DNA from: Rhodobacterales bacterium
Lineage (GTDB): Bacteria > Pseudomonadota > Alphaproteobacteria > Rhodobacterales > Rhodobacteraceae
DNA length: 64,000 nt
Direction of reading: 5' to 3'
NCBI GenBank assembly: GCA_002748285.1
Contig: PDSA01000032.1
Coordinates: 6,857 to 70,856, forward strand
In this document: positions 17,125 through 26,727 of the stretch, piece after piece
Numbering within the stretch: position 1 is the first letter of the stretch
How the letters are laid out: every line of letters begins with the position of its first letter
Program-made: the position numbers and the translations under genes
The notes under the pieces: generated by a model
The model's input: the letters and a program-made list of their open reading frames with translations, nothing else
Database searches by the model: none
What the model was told of the DNA's origin: nothing

Positions 17125-18669
17125 ATGCTCTCTGTATTTGACCAAGGCCCGGCAGAGCCCTGCCCGGATGATTTCAACATGGCGCAATATGTGCTGGCGC
17201 GGGCCGGCCTGTTGGCCGATAAAACCATGCTGTCCGTGGTCGGGGCGCAGCATAGCCGCCATTACAGCTTTGGCGAAATCGAAACCGCCGTGCGGGGCGT
17301 GGCCACCGGGCTGCTGCAACAGGGGCTGAGGCCGGGGGATAAAATCCTGATGCGGCTGGGCAATAGCGTGGAATTTCCGATCCTGTTTCTGGCCGCGATC
17401 ACCGCCGATCTGATCCCGGTGCCGACCTCATCCCAACTGACCCGCCCCGAGGTCAGCCGCATTTGCCGCGAGCTGCATCCCAGCCTGATCGTCGCCGGAG
17501 AAAATATCAGCATCCCCAGCCACCCACCCTGCCCGATCATTTCATGTGATACATTAGAAACCTTCCATAACCTACCGCCAGCCTTTTATAAAACCGGGGA
17601 CCCAAACCGTCTGGCCTATATCATCTACACCTCTGGCACATCCGGCAAACCGCGTGCAGTGTGCCATGCGCATCGGGCGATCTGGGCGCGGCGGATGATG
17701 CTGACGGGCTGGTATGGCATGACCGCGCATGACAAAATCCTGCACGCCGGGGCGTTCAACTGGACCTATACGCTGGGCACCGGATTGATGGACCCGCTCA
17801 GCATCGGTGCCACCGCGCTGATACCGGCACCCGAGATCACCGCCGCCGATCTGGGGGCTCTGCTGGCCGAACATCACGCCAATATTTTCGCAGCTGCTCC
17901 GGGGGTTTACCGGCAGATGTTAAAGCACCCCCTGCCCGCGCTGCCTGCACTGCGCCACGGGCTCTCGGCCGGGGAAAAACTGCCCGAGCGCATCCGCCAC
18001 GCCTGGCGCGATGCCACCGGCTGCGAGATTTACGAGGCGTTCGGCATGTCCGAATGCTCCACCTTCATTTCCGCGCATCCCCGCCACCAGGCCCCGGATG
18101 GGGCGCTGGGCTATCCCCAGCCCGGCCGCCGGGTGGCGATTGTCGATCACGATGGCCAGCCGCTGCCCCGGTCTCAGCCCGGCATTCTGGCGATTGCCCG
18201 CACCGATCCCGGCCTGATGCTGGGCTATCTGAACGCGCCCGAGGAAACCGCCGCCCGCATCCGGGGTGACTGGTTTCTGACCGGCGATATGTGCAGCATG
18301 GGCCCGGATGATGCGATCCGCTATCTGGGGCGCGATGATGATATGATGAATGCCGGTGGCTTTCGCGTCTCGCCGCTGGAAATCGAAACCAGTCTGGCCC
18401 ACCACCCCGGCATTCAGGAAATCGCCTGCACCGAAATCGAGGTCAAAGCCGACACCACCGTGATTGCCGCCTTTTACACCGGCCCGGACGAGCTTGATCA
18501 GGCCGCGCTTTTCGACTACGCCCGCCTGAGACTGGCCCGCTATAAAATCCCCCGGATATTCAAGCGGGTCGACCAACTGCCCAAAGGCGCAAATGGCAAA
18601 TTGCAACGCCGGCAACTGCGCGTCCTTTACGGGCCGCAATTTATGGAACATTCTGATGATCAAACTTGA
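17125..18669 (+). CDS. AMP-dependent synthetase/ligase (class I adenylate-forming enzyme)
   Basis: AMP-binding motif YTSGTSGKPRAV. Also the later motifs YEAFGMSE and GDWFLTGD, and the C-terminal lysine context PKGANGKLQRR. Confidence 0.85.
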   Translation: MLSVFDQGPAEPCPDDFNMAQYVLARAGLLADKTMLSVVGAQHSRHYSFGEIETAVRGVATGLLQQGLRPGDKILMRLGNSVEFPILFLAAITADLIPVPTSSQLTRPEVSRICRELHPSLIVAGENISIPSHPPCPIISCDTLETFHNLPPAFYKTGDPNRLAYIIYTSGTSGKPRAVCHAHRAIWARRMMLTGWYGMTAHDKILHAGAFNWTYTLGTGLMDPLSIGATALIPAPEITAADLGALLAEHHANIFAAAPGVYRQMLKHPLPALPALRHGLSAGEKLPERIRHAWRDATGCEIYEAFGMSECSTFISAHPRHQAPDGALGYPQPGRRVAIVDHDGQPLPRSQPGILAIARTDPGLMLGYLNAPEETAARIRGDWFLTGDMCSMGPDDAIRYLGRDDDMMNAGGFRVSPLEIETSLAHHPGIQEIACTEIEVKADTTVIAAFYTGPDELDQAALFDYARLRLARYKIPRIFKRVDQLPKGANGKLQRRQLRVLYGPQFMEHSDDQT

Positions 18670-19306
18670 TATCATTGCCGATCCGATTTGCCCCTGGTGT
18701 TACATCGGCAAATCCTATCTGGACCGCGCTTTGGCGGCGCACCCCGATCACCCCTTTGCGATTGAATGGCAGCCCTATCAGCTGAACCCCGAGATGCCCG
18801 CCGCCGGCATGGATCGGCGCGACTATCTTGAGCTGAAATTCGGAGGCCGCGAGGCCGCGGTGAAGGTTTACGCCGAAATTGCCGAAAAGGCGCAGGATGC
18901 GGGGCTTGAGATGGATTTCGCCGCGATCAAGACCACTCCCAACACGTTGAACGCCCATCGGCTGATCCATTGGGCCGGGATCGAGGGGCGGCAGGCGTTT
19001 GTGGTCTCGGCCCTGTTCAAAGCCTATTTCTGCGAGGGGCGCGATATTGGTGCCGATGCGGTGCTGTGCAACATCGCCCAAGAATGCGGCATGGATGCGG
19101 ATATGATCGAGCGCCTGTTGGCCAGCGATGCCGATATCGACGACATCCGCCGCCGCGATGCCCATAGCCGCGAGATCGGCGTGCAGGGGGTTCCGACCTT
19201 TATCATTGGCAATCAAAAAGTGCTGACCGGGGTGCAACCGGCGCAGCTGTGGGGGCAGGTGATCATCGAGCTGAACGAAGCCTCCACATCGCAAACGCAG
19301 CCCTGA
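18656..19306 (+). CDS. DsbA/FrnE-like thiol oxidoreductase (2-hydroxychromene-2-carboxylate isomerase family)
   Basis: N-terminal CPWC redox motif (MIKLDIIADPICPWCYIGK) and cis-Pro loop GVQGVPTFII. ATG 18656 overlaps the ligase 3' end by 14 nt. Confidence 0.85.
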   Translation: MIKLDIIADPICPWCYIGKSYLDRALAAHPDHPFAIEWQPYQLNPEMPAAGMDRRDYLELKFGGREAAVKVYAEIAEKAQDAGLEMDFAAIKTTPNTLNAHRLIHWAGIEGRQAFVVSALFKAYFCEGRDIGADAVLCNIAQECGMDADMIERLLASDADIDDIRRRDAHSREIGVQGVPTFIIGNQKVLTGVQPAQLWGQVIIELNEASTSQTQP

Positions 19307-19307
19307 C

Positions 19308-20510
19308 ATGCCCACAAAACCGCTGAGAAAGCCCGAATTCGTCGCCCTGATCGCGATGTCCTTTGCCACCATCGCGCTGGCGATTGACGCGATGTTGCCG
19401 GCCTTGCCCGAAATTGGCAAAACGCTGAGCCCCGACAATCTGAACCATGCGCAGTTGGTCATCACCAGCTTTTTGCTGGGGCTAGGGCTGGGCACGTTTT
19501 TCAGCGGGCCGCTCTCGGATGCGCTGGGGCGGCGGCGGGTGATGCTGGGGGGCTATGCGGTTTACATCATCGCCGCATTGCTGGCCTCTTTGGCGCAGTC
19601 GCTCGAACTGCTGCTGGCCGCCCGGGTGCTGCAAGGGCTGGGCGCCTCTGGCCCGCGGGTGGTGGCGATGGCGATTGTGCGCGACCTCTATGTCGAGCGG
19701 CAAATGGCGCAGCTGACCTCTTTTGTCATGACGGTGTTCATGCTGGTGCCGGTGATTGCCCCCAGTATCGGCGCGCTGATCCTGCTGGTGGCCGGGTGGC
19801 GGACGATTTTCTTTACTTTCGTGGTCTTTGCCATCGCGCTCAGCCTGTGGTTCACCCTGCGCCAGCCCGAGACCCTGCCCCCGGAAAAGCGCCGCAAAAT
19901 CGCGCTGGCCAATCTGTGGGGCGGCATGGTCGAAGTGCTGTCACATCCGGTTGTGCGCGTCACCATCGTGGTGCAAAGCCTGCTGCTGGGGGCGCTTTAC
20001 AGCGCCCTGTCCAGTTCGCAGCAGATTTTCGACATCACCTTTGGCCGGGGCGACAGCTTTGCCCTGTGGTTCGGGGCGGTCGCGATTGTGTCGGGATTTT
20101 CGGCGCTGATCAATGCGCGTCTGGTGGTGCGGCTGGGAATGCAGCCGATGATCCGCACGGCGCTGGCCTGTGTGATGCTGATCTCGGCTGTGATGCTGGC
20201 CCTGTTTTGGGGCGGCGGAATGCCGGACATGGTGGCGTTCCCTGCCTTTGTGTTTTTCAAGACCTCGGTGTTTTTCATGATCGGCATGACATTGGGCAAT
20301 CTGAATGCCATCGCGATGCAACCAATGGGGCATATCGCCGGGATGGCGGCTTCGATGATGAGTGCCATTGCCACGGTGCTGGGGCTGGCGATTGCGGTGC
20401 CGATCGGGCTGGCCTTTGACGGCACTCCGCTGCCGCTGATGTGCGGTGTGTTTGTCTGCGTGTCGCTGGCGCTGGGGCTGATGCAACTGATCCGGCATGA
20501 GCCGACATAG
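19308..20510 (+). CDS. MFS transporter, Bcr/CflA-type drug/metabolite exporter
   Basis: 12 hydrophobic helices and MFS motif A GPLSDALGRRRVML. Starts 1 nt after the preceding stop. Confidence 0.88.
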   Translation: MPTKPLRKPEFVALIAMSFATIALAIDAMLPALPEIGKTLSPDNLNHAQLVITSFLLGLGLGTFFSGPLSDALGRRRVMLGGYAVYIIAALLASLAQSLELLLAARVLQGLGASGPRVVAMAIVRDLYVERQMAQLTSFVMTVFMLVPVIAPSIGALILLVAGWRTIFFTFVVFAIALSLWFTLRQPETLPPEKRRKIALANLWGGMVEVLSHPVVRVTIVVQSLLLGALYSALSSSQQIFDITFGRGDSFALWFGAVAIVSGFSALINARLVVRLGMQPMIRTALACVMLISAVMLALFWGGGMPDMVAFPAFVFFKTSVFFMIGMTLGNLNAIAMQPMGHIAGMAASMMSAIATVLGLAIAVPIGLAFDGTPLPLMCGVFVCVSLALGLMQLIRHEPT

Positions 20511-20604
20511 GCAGCTCTGATGGACGCCCCAAGGGATCAACCTGCCTCGCCCCCGGCGGCAAGGCAATCTTTAAGGCCTCTGTATAAAGCTGCGCACCTC
20601 TGAA

Positions 20605-20628
20605 CTGCCCCGCCCGGCCGATAGGCCG
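20605..20628. repeat. 24-nt GC-rich extragenic repeat, copy A (embedded small hairpin CGGCC-GATA-GGCCG)
   Basis: CTGCCCCGCCCGGCCGATAGGCCG is identical to 53090-53113. It is followed at 20633-20659 by a 9-bp stem, GCGCCTGCC...GGCAGGCGC. Lies between the convergent 3' ends of the MFS gene and mfd. Confidence 0.55.
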
Positions 20629-20742
20629 GTCTGCGCCTGCCTGCCCCCCCGGCAGGCGCATTCGCGCCCGCCCAGGCAAGGCGCTGCCCTCTACTCTTTG
20701 TCTCAGACGGATGACAGCAATTGTCAGGGCAATCACACCCCC

Positions 20743-23700
20743 CTACTTCCCCCGCTTCGCCTTATCCTGCTTTTTCTGTGCAATCACCTTCTGCGCCAGA
20801 TCGCGGGCAATCGCATAGGCCCCTTTCACCTTGTCCGCAGCCTTGGACCAATCACGCCGGATCACGATCTTATTGCCCTTGACCTGCGCCAGACCGCGCT
20901 GCTCATTGATAAACTCAACCAACCCGGCCGGGGCGGTAAATTTGTCGTTGTGAAACTGGATCGTCGCCCCCTTTGGCCCGCCATCCAGCCGCGCAATCCC
21001 GGCGCGTTTGCACATCCCCTTGATGCGCACCACCAACAGCAGCGAGTTCACCTCTTTGGGCAGCGGGCCGAACCGGTCGATCAACTCGGCGGCAAAGCCT
21101 TCCAGCTCGACCTTGTTCGATAGCGCAGACAAACGCCGGTAAAGCCCCAGCCGCACATCCAGATCGGGCACATAAGCATCCGGGATCAGCACCGGCACCC
21201 CCAGATTGATGACAGGAGACCATTTGCCATCATCAGGCAGGCCGACTTCGCCGGATTTGATCTTGGCAATCGCCTCTTCCAGCATCTGCTGGTAAAGCTC
21301 ATAGCCCACTTCGCGCATCTGCCCGGATTGCTCTTCTCCCAGCAGATTGCCGGCACCGCGAATATCCAGATCCTGACTGGCCAGCGTAAAGCCCGCCCCC
21401 AGCGAATCCAGACTGGCCAGCACCCGCAGCCGCTTTTGCGCGGTTGGGGTCAGTTTCAGGCGTGGCTTGGTGGTCATATAGGCATAGGCGCGAATTTTCG
21501 AACGCCCGACCCGGCCGCGAATCTGATATAGCTGTGCCAGCCCGAACATATCGGCGCGATGCACGATCATGGTGTTGGCGGTGGGAATGTCCAGACCGGA
21601 TTCAACGATGGTGGTGGCCAGCAACACGTCATATTTGCCATCATAAAACGCATTCATGCGCTGATCCAACTCACCCGCGGCCATCTGGCCATGGGCGACG
21701 ACATAGGAAACCTCGGGCACCTGTTCCTGCAAAAACGCTTCGATCTCGGGCAGATCCTTAATGCGCGGCACCACATAAAAGGACTGCCCGCCGCGGTAAT
21801 GTTCGCGCAGCAGCGCCTCGCGCAGCATCACCGAATCAAATTCGCTGACATAGGTGCGGATCGCCAGCCGGTCGATCGGAGGGGTGCCGATGATGCTCAG
21901 ATCCCGCACGCCAGAGAGCGACATCTGCAAGGTGCGCGGGATCGGCGTGGCGGTCAGGGTCAGCACATGCACATCGCTGCGCATCTGTTTCAGGCGCTCC
22001 TTGTGGCTGACGCCAAAGCGCTGTTCTTCGTCAATCACCAGCAGGCCGAGATTGGCAAAGCGCACTGATTTGGCCAGCAGCGCATGGGTGCCGACCACGA
22101 TATCGACCGTGCCACGGGCCAGACCTTCGCGGGTCTGGTTGGCCTGTTTTGCACTCACAAAGCGCGATAACTGCCCGACTTCAATAGGAAAACCGCGAAA
22201 GCGCTCGGCAAAGGATTTGTAATGTTGCCGTGCCAGCAATGTGGTCGGGGCAATCACCGCCACCTGCTGGCCCTGCATCGCCGCGACAAAGGCTGCCCGC
22301 ATGGCGACCTCGGTCTTGCCAAAGCCGACATCGCCACAGATCAGCCGATCCATCGGCTGCCCCGAGGCCAGATCGCCCAGCACATCGTCAATCGCGGCCA
22401 GCTGGTCTTCGGTCTCTTGATAGGGGAACCGCGCCGCGAAGCTTTCCCAGGCGTGATGCTGCGGCTCCAGCACCTGCCCGCTGCGCAGAGCACGTTCGGC
22501 CGCCAGCCGGATCAGCTTTTCGGCGACCTCGCGGATGCGCTCTTTCAGCTTGGCCTTTTTCGCCTGCCATGCGCCGCCGCCCAGCTTGTCCAGCAGCCCG
22601 TGTTCATGGCCGAATTTCGACAGCAGTTCGATGTTTTCCACCGGCAAAAACAGCCGATCCCCGCCGGCATATTCCAGCGCCAGACAATCATGCGCTGCCC
22701 CCATCGCGGTGATGGTTTCCAGCCCGCGATAGATGCCAACCCCATGATCCACATGCACGATCAGATCGCCCACCGACAGGCTCTGCACCTCGGTCAGAAA
22801 GTTCTCGGCCCGGCGTTTGCGGCGGGTTTTGCGGATCAGGCGGTCGCCCAAAACGTCCTGTTCGGAAATCACCGTGAGGCCACCGCCTTCAAAGCCATGC
22901 TCCAACGGCCAGACCAGCAGATTGACGCCCTGTTTGGGGGCACGCAAATCGTCGATTTCGTGCAGGGCCAGCTGGCCTTCGTCATGCAACAGCCCCGCCA
23001 GCCGTTCCCGGGCCCCTTGCGAGCCACTGGCGATCACAACCGGCCCAACGGCTTTTTTTAGATCAATATAGTCGGATAACTCTTTGAAAAGATTAATATC
23101 CTGCCGCTGGCGTTCCGGTGCAAAATTGCGCCCGATGCGCCCGCCGGCATCCAGCACCCCAAAGCCGGTGCTTTGCGGCAACGGGTTCAGCTGCACCACC
23201 CGATGCCCGGCAATCGCGCTGTGCCAGGCGGCATCATCCAGATACAACAGCTGCGGCGGGCACGGCTTGTAAACCGAATCCATCCGGTGCTTTTCGGCCA
23301 TGGCCTGCTTGCGGGTCTGGTATTGATCCTCGATCGCCTGCCAACGCGCCAGCCGGGCGGCGGTGATCTGGTCATCCAGCAGGATCGCGGCATCGGGCAG
23401 ATAGTCGAACAAAGTCTCCAGCCGCTCGTGAAAAAACGCCAGCCAGTGTTCGGCGCCCTGATGCTTGCGCCCGGCGCTGATTGCCTCGTAAAGCGGATCG
23501 TCCGAGCCCGCCGCGCCAAATTCCATGCGGTAATTTTGCCGAAACCGGCTGATCGCGGCCTGATCCAGCACGATTTCCGATACCGGAGCCAGCTCGACTT
23601 CGTCCAGCTGGCGCGTGGTGCGCTGGCTGACCGGATCGAAATGCCGCGCCCCGTCCAGCACATCTCCGAACAGGTCCAGCCGCACCGGGCCACCTTCGCC

Positions 23701-24213
23701 ACCCGCCGAAAGCGGTGGGAAAATGTCGATCAGGCCGCCGCGAATCGCGTAATCTCCGGGCTCCATCACCGTGGCGGTCTGCACAAAGCCCATGCGGGCA
23801 AGGAAATCGCGCAGAGCCTTTTCGTCAATGCGTTCGCCCACCTTGACCCGAAAAGCCGCGTTTTTCAGCAGCTCACGGGTGGGCAGGCGCTGGGTGGCAG
23901 CGCTGAGCGTGGTCAGCAGGATGAATTTGCCGCCGATCCCATGCGCCAGACCGGCCAGAGTTGCCATCCGCGCCGCCGAAATATCCGCATGTGGCGAGGT
24001 GCGATCATAGGGCAGGCAATCCCAGGCGGGGAAGTTCAGCACCACCGCATCAGGCGCATAAATCTGCAACGCTTCGGCCATCGCCTGCTGGCGCTTGTCA
24101 TCGCGGGCAATATGCACCACCGGGCCAGTTCCACGCGCCAGCTCTTTGGCCAGCAGATGCGCGTCATAGCCTTCGGGCGCTCCGCTGAGCGTGATGTGCT
24201 GCGGTTCGGTCAT
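20743..24213 (-). CDS. mfd: transcription-repair coupling factor
   Basis: 1156 aa. Superfamily-2 helicase motifs GDVGFGKTEVA and VIDEEQRFG. UvrB-homology N-terminus and a TRG-motif region. Confidence 0.97.
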   Translation of the reverse strand: MTEPQHITLSGAPEGYDAHLLAKELARGTGPVVHIARDDKRQQAMAEALQIYAPDAVVLNFPAWDCLPYDRTSPHADISAARMATLAGLAHGIGGKFILLTTLSAATQRLPTRELLKNAAFRVKVGERIDEKALRDFLARMGFVQTATVMEPGDYAIRGGLIDIFPPLSAGGEGGPVRLDLFGDVLDGARHFDPVSQRTTRQLDEVELAPVSEIVLDQAAISRFRQNYRMEFGAAGSDDPLYEAISAGRKHQGAEHWLAFFHERLETLFDYLPDAAILLDDQITAARLARWQAIEDQYQTRKQAMAEKHRMDSVYKPCPPQLLYLDDAAWHSAIAGHRVVQLNPLPQSTGFGVLDAGGRIGRNFAPERQRQDINLFKELSDYIDLKKAVGPVVIASGSQGARERLAGLLHDEGQLALHEIDDLRAPKQGVNLLVWPLEHGFEGGGLTVISEQDVLGDRLIRKTRRKRRAENFLTEVQSLSVGDLIVHVDHGVGIYRGLETITAMGAAHDCLALEYAGGDRLFLPVENIELLSKFGHEHGLLDKLGGGAWQAKKAKLKERIREVAEKLIRLAAERALRSGQVLEPQHHAWESFAARFPYQETEDQLAAIDDVLGDLASGQPMDRLICGDVGFGKTEVAMRAAFVAAMQGQQVAVIAPTTLLARQHYKSFAERFRGFPIEVGQLSRFVSAKQANQTREGLARGTVDIVVGTHALLAKSVRFANLGLLVIDEEQRFGVSHKERLKQMRSDVHVLTLTATPIPRTLQMSLSGVRDLSIIGTPPIDRLAIRTYVSEFDSVMLREALLREHYRGGQSFYVVPRIKDLPEIEAFLQEQVPEVSYVVAHGQMAAGELDQRMNAFYDGKYDVLLATTIVESGLDIPTANTMIVHRADMFGLAQLYQIRGRVGRSKIRAYAYMTTKPRLKLTPTAQKRLRVLASLDSLGAGFTLASQDLDIRGAGNLLGEEQSGQMREVGYELYQQMLEEAIAKIKSGEVGLPDDGKWSPVINLGVPVLIPDAYVPDLDVRLGLYRRLSALSNKVELEGFAAELIDRFGPLPKEVNSLLLVVRIKGMCKRAGIARLDGGPKGATIQFHNDKFTAPAGLVEFINEQRGLAQVKGNKIVIRRDWSKAADKVKGAYAIARDLAQKVIAQKKQDKAKRGK

Positions 24214-24221
24214 CGGCGCAC

Positions 24222-24749
24222 TCAGGCCCCCAGCCCGCTGATCGACATGTTCTGAAACATGCCAAACAGTGAGGTAACAAAAATGCTGAAAATGCCAATC
24301 GCCTGAATAATCAGCCTGTGCTTGCTCAGCCTTTTGCGCAGCAGCGCGCCAGATGCACCCTCTTCCACGATCCGCCGCGCGGTGGACAGCGACAGCAGGC
24401 CGACAATGGCCAGCGGGAACAGCAGCAAAAACAGCGCTTGGGCAAATTCAATCCAGTAATAAAACCCCAATGTCGCCAACAGAGTCAGCACGAAACAGGC
24501 AAACCCCAAAATCCATAGGCCCGATATCTGGCTGATGAACAGCAGCCGGTTGGTGTGGACACGCACCAGATCTTCCAGATCGACTTCGGCCTGCCCGCCC
24601 CGGCGCTGCGCCCGCAGCACCATGTCATAAGGCACGCCAAGCACCCAATGGCTGGTGGTGGACCACATCACGGCCAACGCAATCCAATACCACAGATTGG
24701 AAAAGGACCGCATGTCAATCAATTCTATAATGCCTTCATGCCACGACAC
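24222..24749 (-). CDS. conserved integral membrane protein (function unknown)
   Basis: Four or five hydrophobic helices. Ends 8 nt upstream of the mfd start. GTG start at 24749 with GAGGG 9 nt upstream; an alternative ATG is at 24713. Confidence 0.6.
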   Translation of the reverse strand: MSWHEGIIELIDMRSFSNLWYWIALAVMWSTTSHWVLGVPYDMVLRAQRRGGQAEVDLEDLVRVHTNRLLFISQISGLWILGFACFVLTLLATLGFYYWIEFAQALFLLLFPLAIVGLLSLSTARRIVEEGASGALLRKRLSKHRLIIQAIGIFSIFVTSLFGMFQNMSISGLGA

Positions 24750-24871
24750 GTTGTAATACCCTCTGAATTTTGCACCCGGCGCGTTTTATCGCGCCTTTTG
24801 GGCAATTCCTACCCTTGAGTAGCTGTATTTTCCATGTATCAAGAGACACAGCCAAATAGAAAGAGGTAATT

Positions 24872-25870
24872 ATGCCCGTTGCACAAGCCCCCTTCCCGCT
24901 GTCACGTCCCCGCCGCACCCGCCGCAGCGCCGCGATCCGCGCGTTGTGTCAGGAAAACAGCCTGTCGGTGAATGATCTGATCTGGCCGATTTTCGTGGTC
25001 GATGGCGAAAACACCCGCCAGCCGATCCCCTCGATGCCCGGGGTTGAGCGGCTGTCGATTGATCTGCTGATCGAGGCCGCCCGTCAGGCCCGCGATCTGG
25101 GCATTCCGGCGCTGTGCCTGTTTCCCTATACCGATCCGGCGCTGAAAACCGATTGCTGCCGCGAAGCCTGGAGCCCTGATAGCCTGTCCAACCGTGCTAT
25201 CTCTGCGGTGAAATCCGCGGTGCCCGAAGTGGCGGTGATGACCGATATCGCGCTGGACCCTTACAATGCGCGGGGCCATGATGGCATCGTCAAAGACGGG
25301 CAGATCCTGAATGATGAAACCGTCGAAGCTCTGGTGAAAATGGCGCTGGCGCAGGCCCGTGCCGGGGCCGATATTCTGGGGCCGAGCGATATGATGGATG
25401 GCCGGGTTGGGGCCATTCGTCAGGCTCTCGAAGCCGAGGGCTATCACGACATTTCGATCATGTCTTATTCGGCGAAATATGCCAGCAGCTTTTACGGCCC
25501 GTTTCGCGATGCGGTCGGGGCCAGCTCGGCGCTGAAGGGCGATAAGAAAACCTATCAGATGAACCCGGCCAATTCGGACGAGGCCATGCGCCTGATCCGA
25601 CGCGATCTGGTCGAAGGGGCCGATATGGTGATCGTCAAACCCGGCATGGCCTATCTGGATATTTGCCACCGCGCCAAGGCGGAATTCGGGGTGCCGGTCT
25701 TTGCCTATCAGGTCTCGGGCGAATATGCGATGATCATGGCGGCGGCGCAAAATGGCTGGCTGGAGGGCGATGCGGTGATGCTGGAAACCCTGATGGCGTT
25801 TCGCCGCGCCGGCTGTGACGGGGTTCTGACCTATTTCGCGCCGCGTATTGCCACGATGCTGAACGGCTGA
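24872..25870 (+). CDS. hemB: porphobilinogen synthase (delta-aminolevulinate dehydratase)
   Basis: RPRRTRRSAAIRALCQEN, DLIWPIFVVDG, the active-site region IVKPGMAYLDI and YQVSGEYAM are all typical HemB blocks. Confidence 0.96.
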   Translation: MPVAQAPFPLSRPRRTRRSAAIRALCQENSLSVNDLIWPIFVVDGENTRQPIPSMPGVERLSIDLLIEAARQARDLGIPALCLFPYTDPALKTDCCREAWSPDSLSNRAISAVKSAVPEVAVMTDIALDPYNARGHDGIVKDGQILNDETVEALVKMALAQARAGADILGPSDMMDGRVGAIRQALEAEGYHDISIMSYSAKYASSFYGPFRDAVGASSALKGDKKTYQMNPANSDEAMRLIRRDLVEGADMVIVKPGMAYLDICHRAKAEFGVPVFAYQVSGEYAMIMAAAQNGWLEGDAVMLETLMAFRRAGCDGVLTYFAPRIATMLNG

Positions 25871-26035
25871 ACCGCGCAAAAATACGCTCAAACATCATGC
25901 AACGCGGCCAAGGGCGGGTGACACCCACCCGGCTTTGGCCTATAATCCGCCCCAAGATCAGCCGCTAAAGGCTGGCACGCTATTTGGCAGGTCATAACAT
26001 CATAGAGGCAAACAAACCGTAAAGGGGTTTATTCC

Positions 26036-26605
26036 ATGAGCAATCCATCCCGCCCATTTCTCACCCGGCGCCTGTTCGTCGCCGGCGCTTTGGCCAGCAC
26101 CACCGCCGCCTGTGGCAATGGTGTCAACAGCCGGGGCGCCGCAAAAATCGACGCCCGCGTGGCCGCCACCCTGGACACGCTGCACCGGCGCTATCCCGGC
26201 ACGCTTGAGCTGCAAAAGAAATCCTATGGCATGTTGGTGATGCCGCTGGTGACCAAGGCCGGGTTCGGCTTGGGCGGAGCTTATGGCCGCGGCGCTCTGC
26301 TGGTGGATAATGCGACGGTGGATTATTACTCCAGCGCCGCCGCCAGCTTTGGGTTGCAGATCGGGGCGCAGCAATTTTCGCATGTACTCTATTTCATGAC
26401 GCAAGAGGCGCTGGCGGATTTCCGCAAAAGTTCGGGCTGGGCTGCAGGTGGTGATCTGGAATATGCGATCAATGACAAAGGCGGCAATGTCAGCGCCGAA
26501 ACCACTACCGCCCTGTCTCCGGTGATTGCCGTGATCTTTGGTCAGGCCGGGCTGCTGGTCGGGGCGACGTTGGAGGGCACCAAATATACCCGCATCATCC
26601 CATAA
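26036..26605 (+). CDS. SYLF/YSC84-like (DUF500) lipid-binding domain lipoprotein
   Basis: Tat-like TRRLFV plus lipobox TAACG. The body (GFGLGGAYGRGALL...FGLQIGAQQFSHVLYF...GGDLEY) matches the SYLF domain pattern. Confidence 0.75.
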   Translation: MSNPSRPFLTRRLFVAGALASTTAACGNGVNSRGAAKIDARVAATLDTLHRRYPGTLELQKKSYGMLVMPLVTKAGFGLGGAYGRGALLVDNATVDYYSSAAASFGLQIGAQQFSHVLYFMTQEALADFRKSSGWAAGGDLEYAINDKGGNVSAETTTALSPVIAVIFGQAGLLVGATLEGTKYTRIIP

Positions 26606-26632
26606 CTCACCGCAAAACCCGCGCAAACAAAA

Positions 26633-26662
26633 GGGCAACCCGGCCGGGGCTGCCCTTTTTTT
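26633..26662 (+). terminator. intrinsic terminator after the SYLF gene
   Basis: GGGCAACCCGG-CCGGGGCTGCCC hairpin (26633-26655) followed by T7. Confidence 0.65.
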
Positions 26663-26727
26663 CATGTCTGATCCGTATCTCTATGGCGTTTGACAAAATA
26701 AATGATTCAGTTTTTTCGCATAACGCT

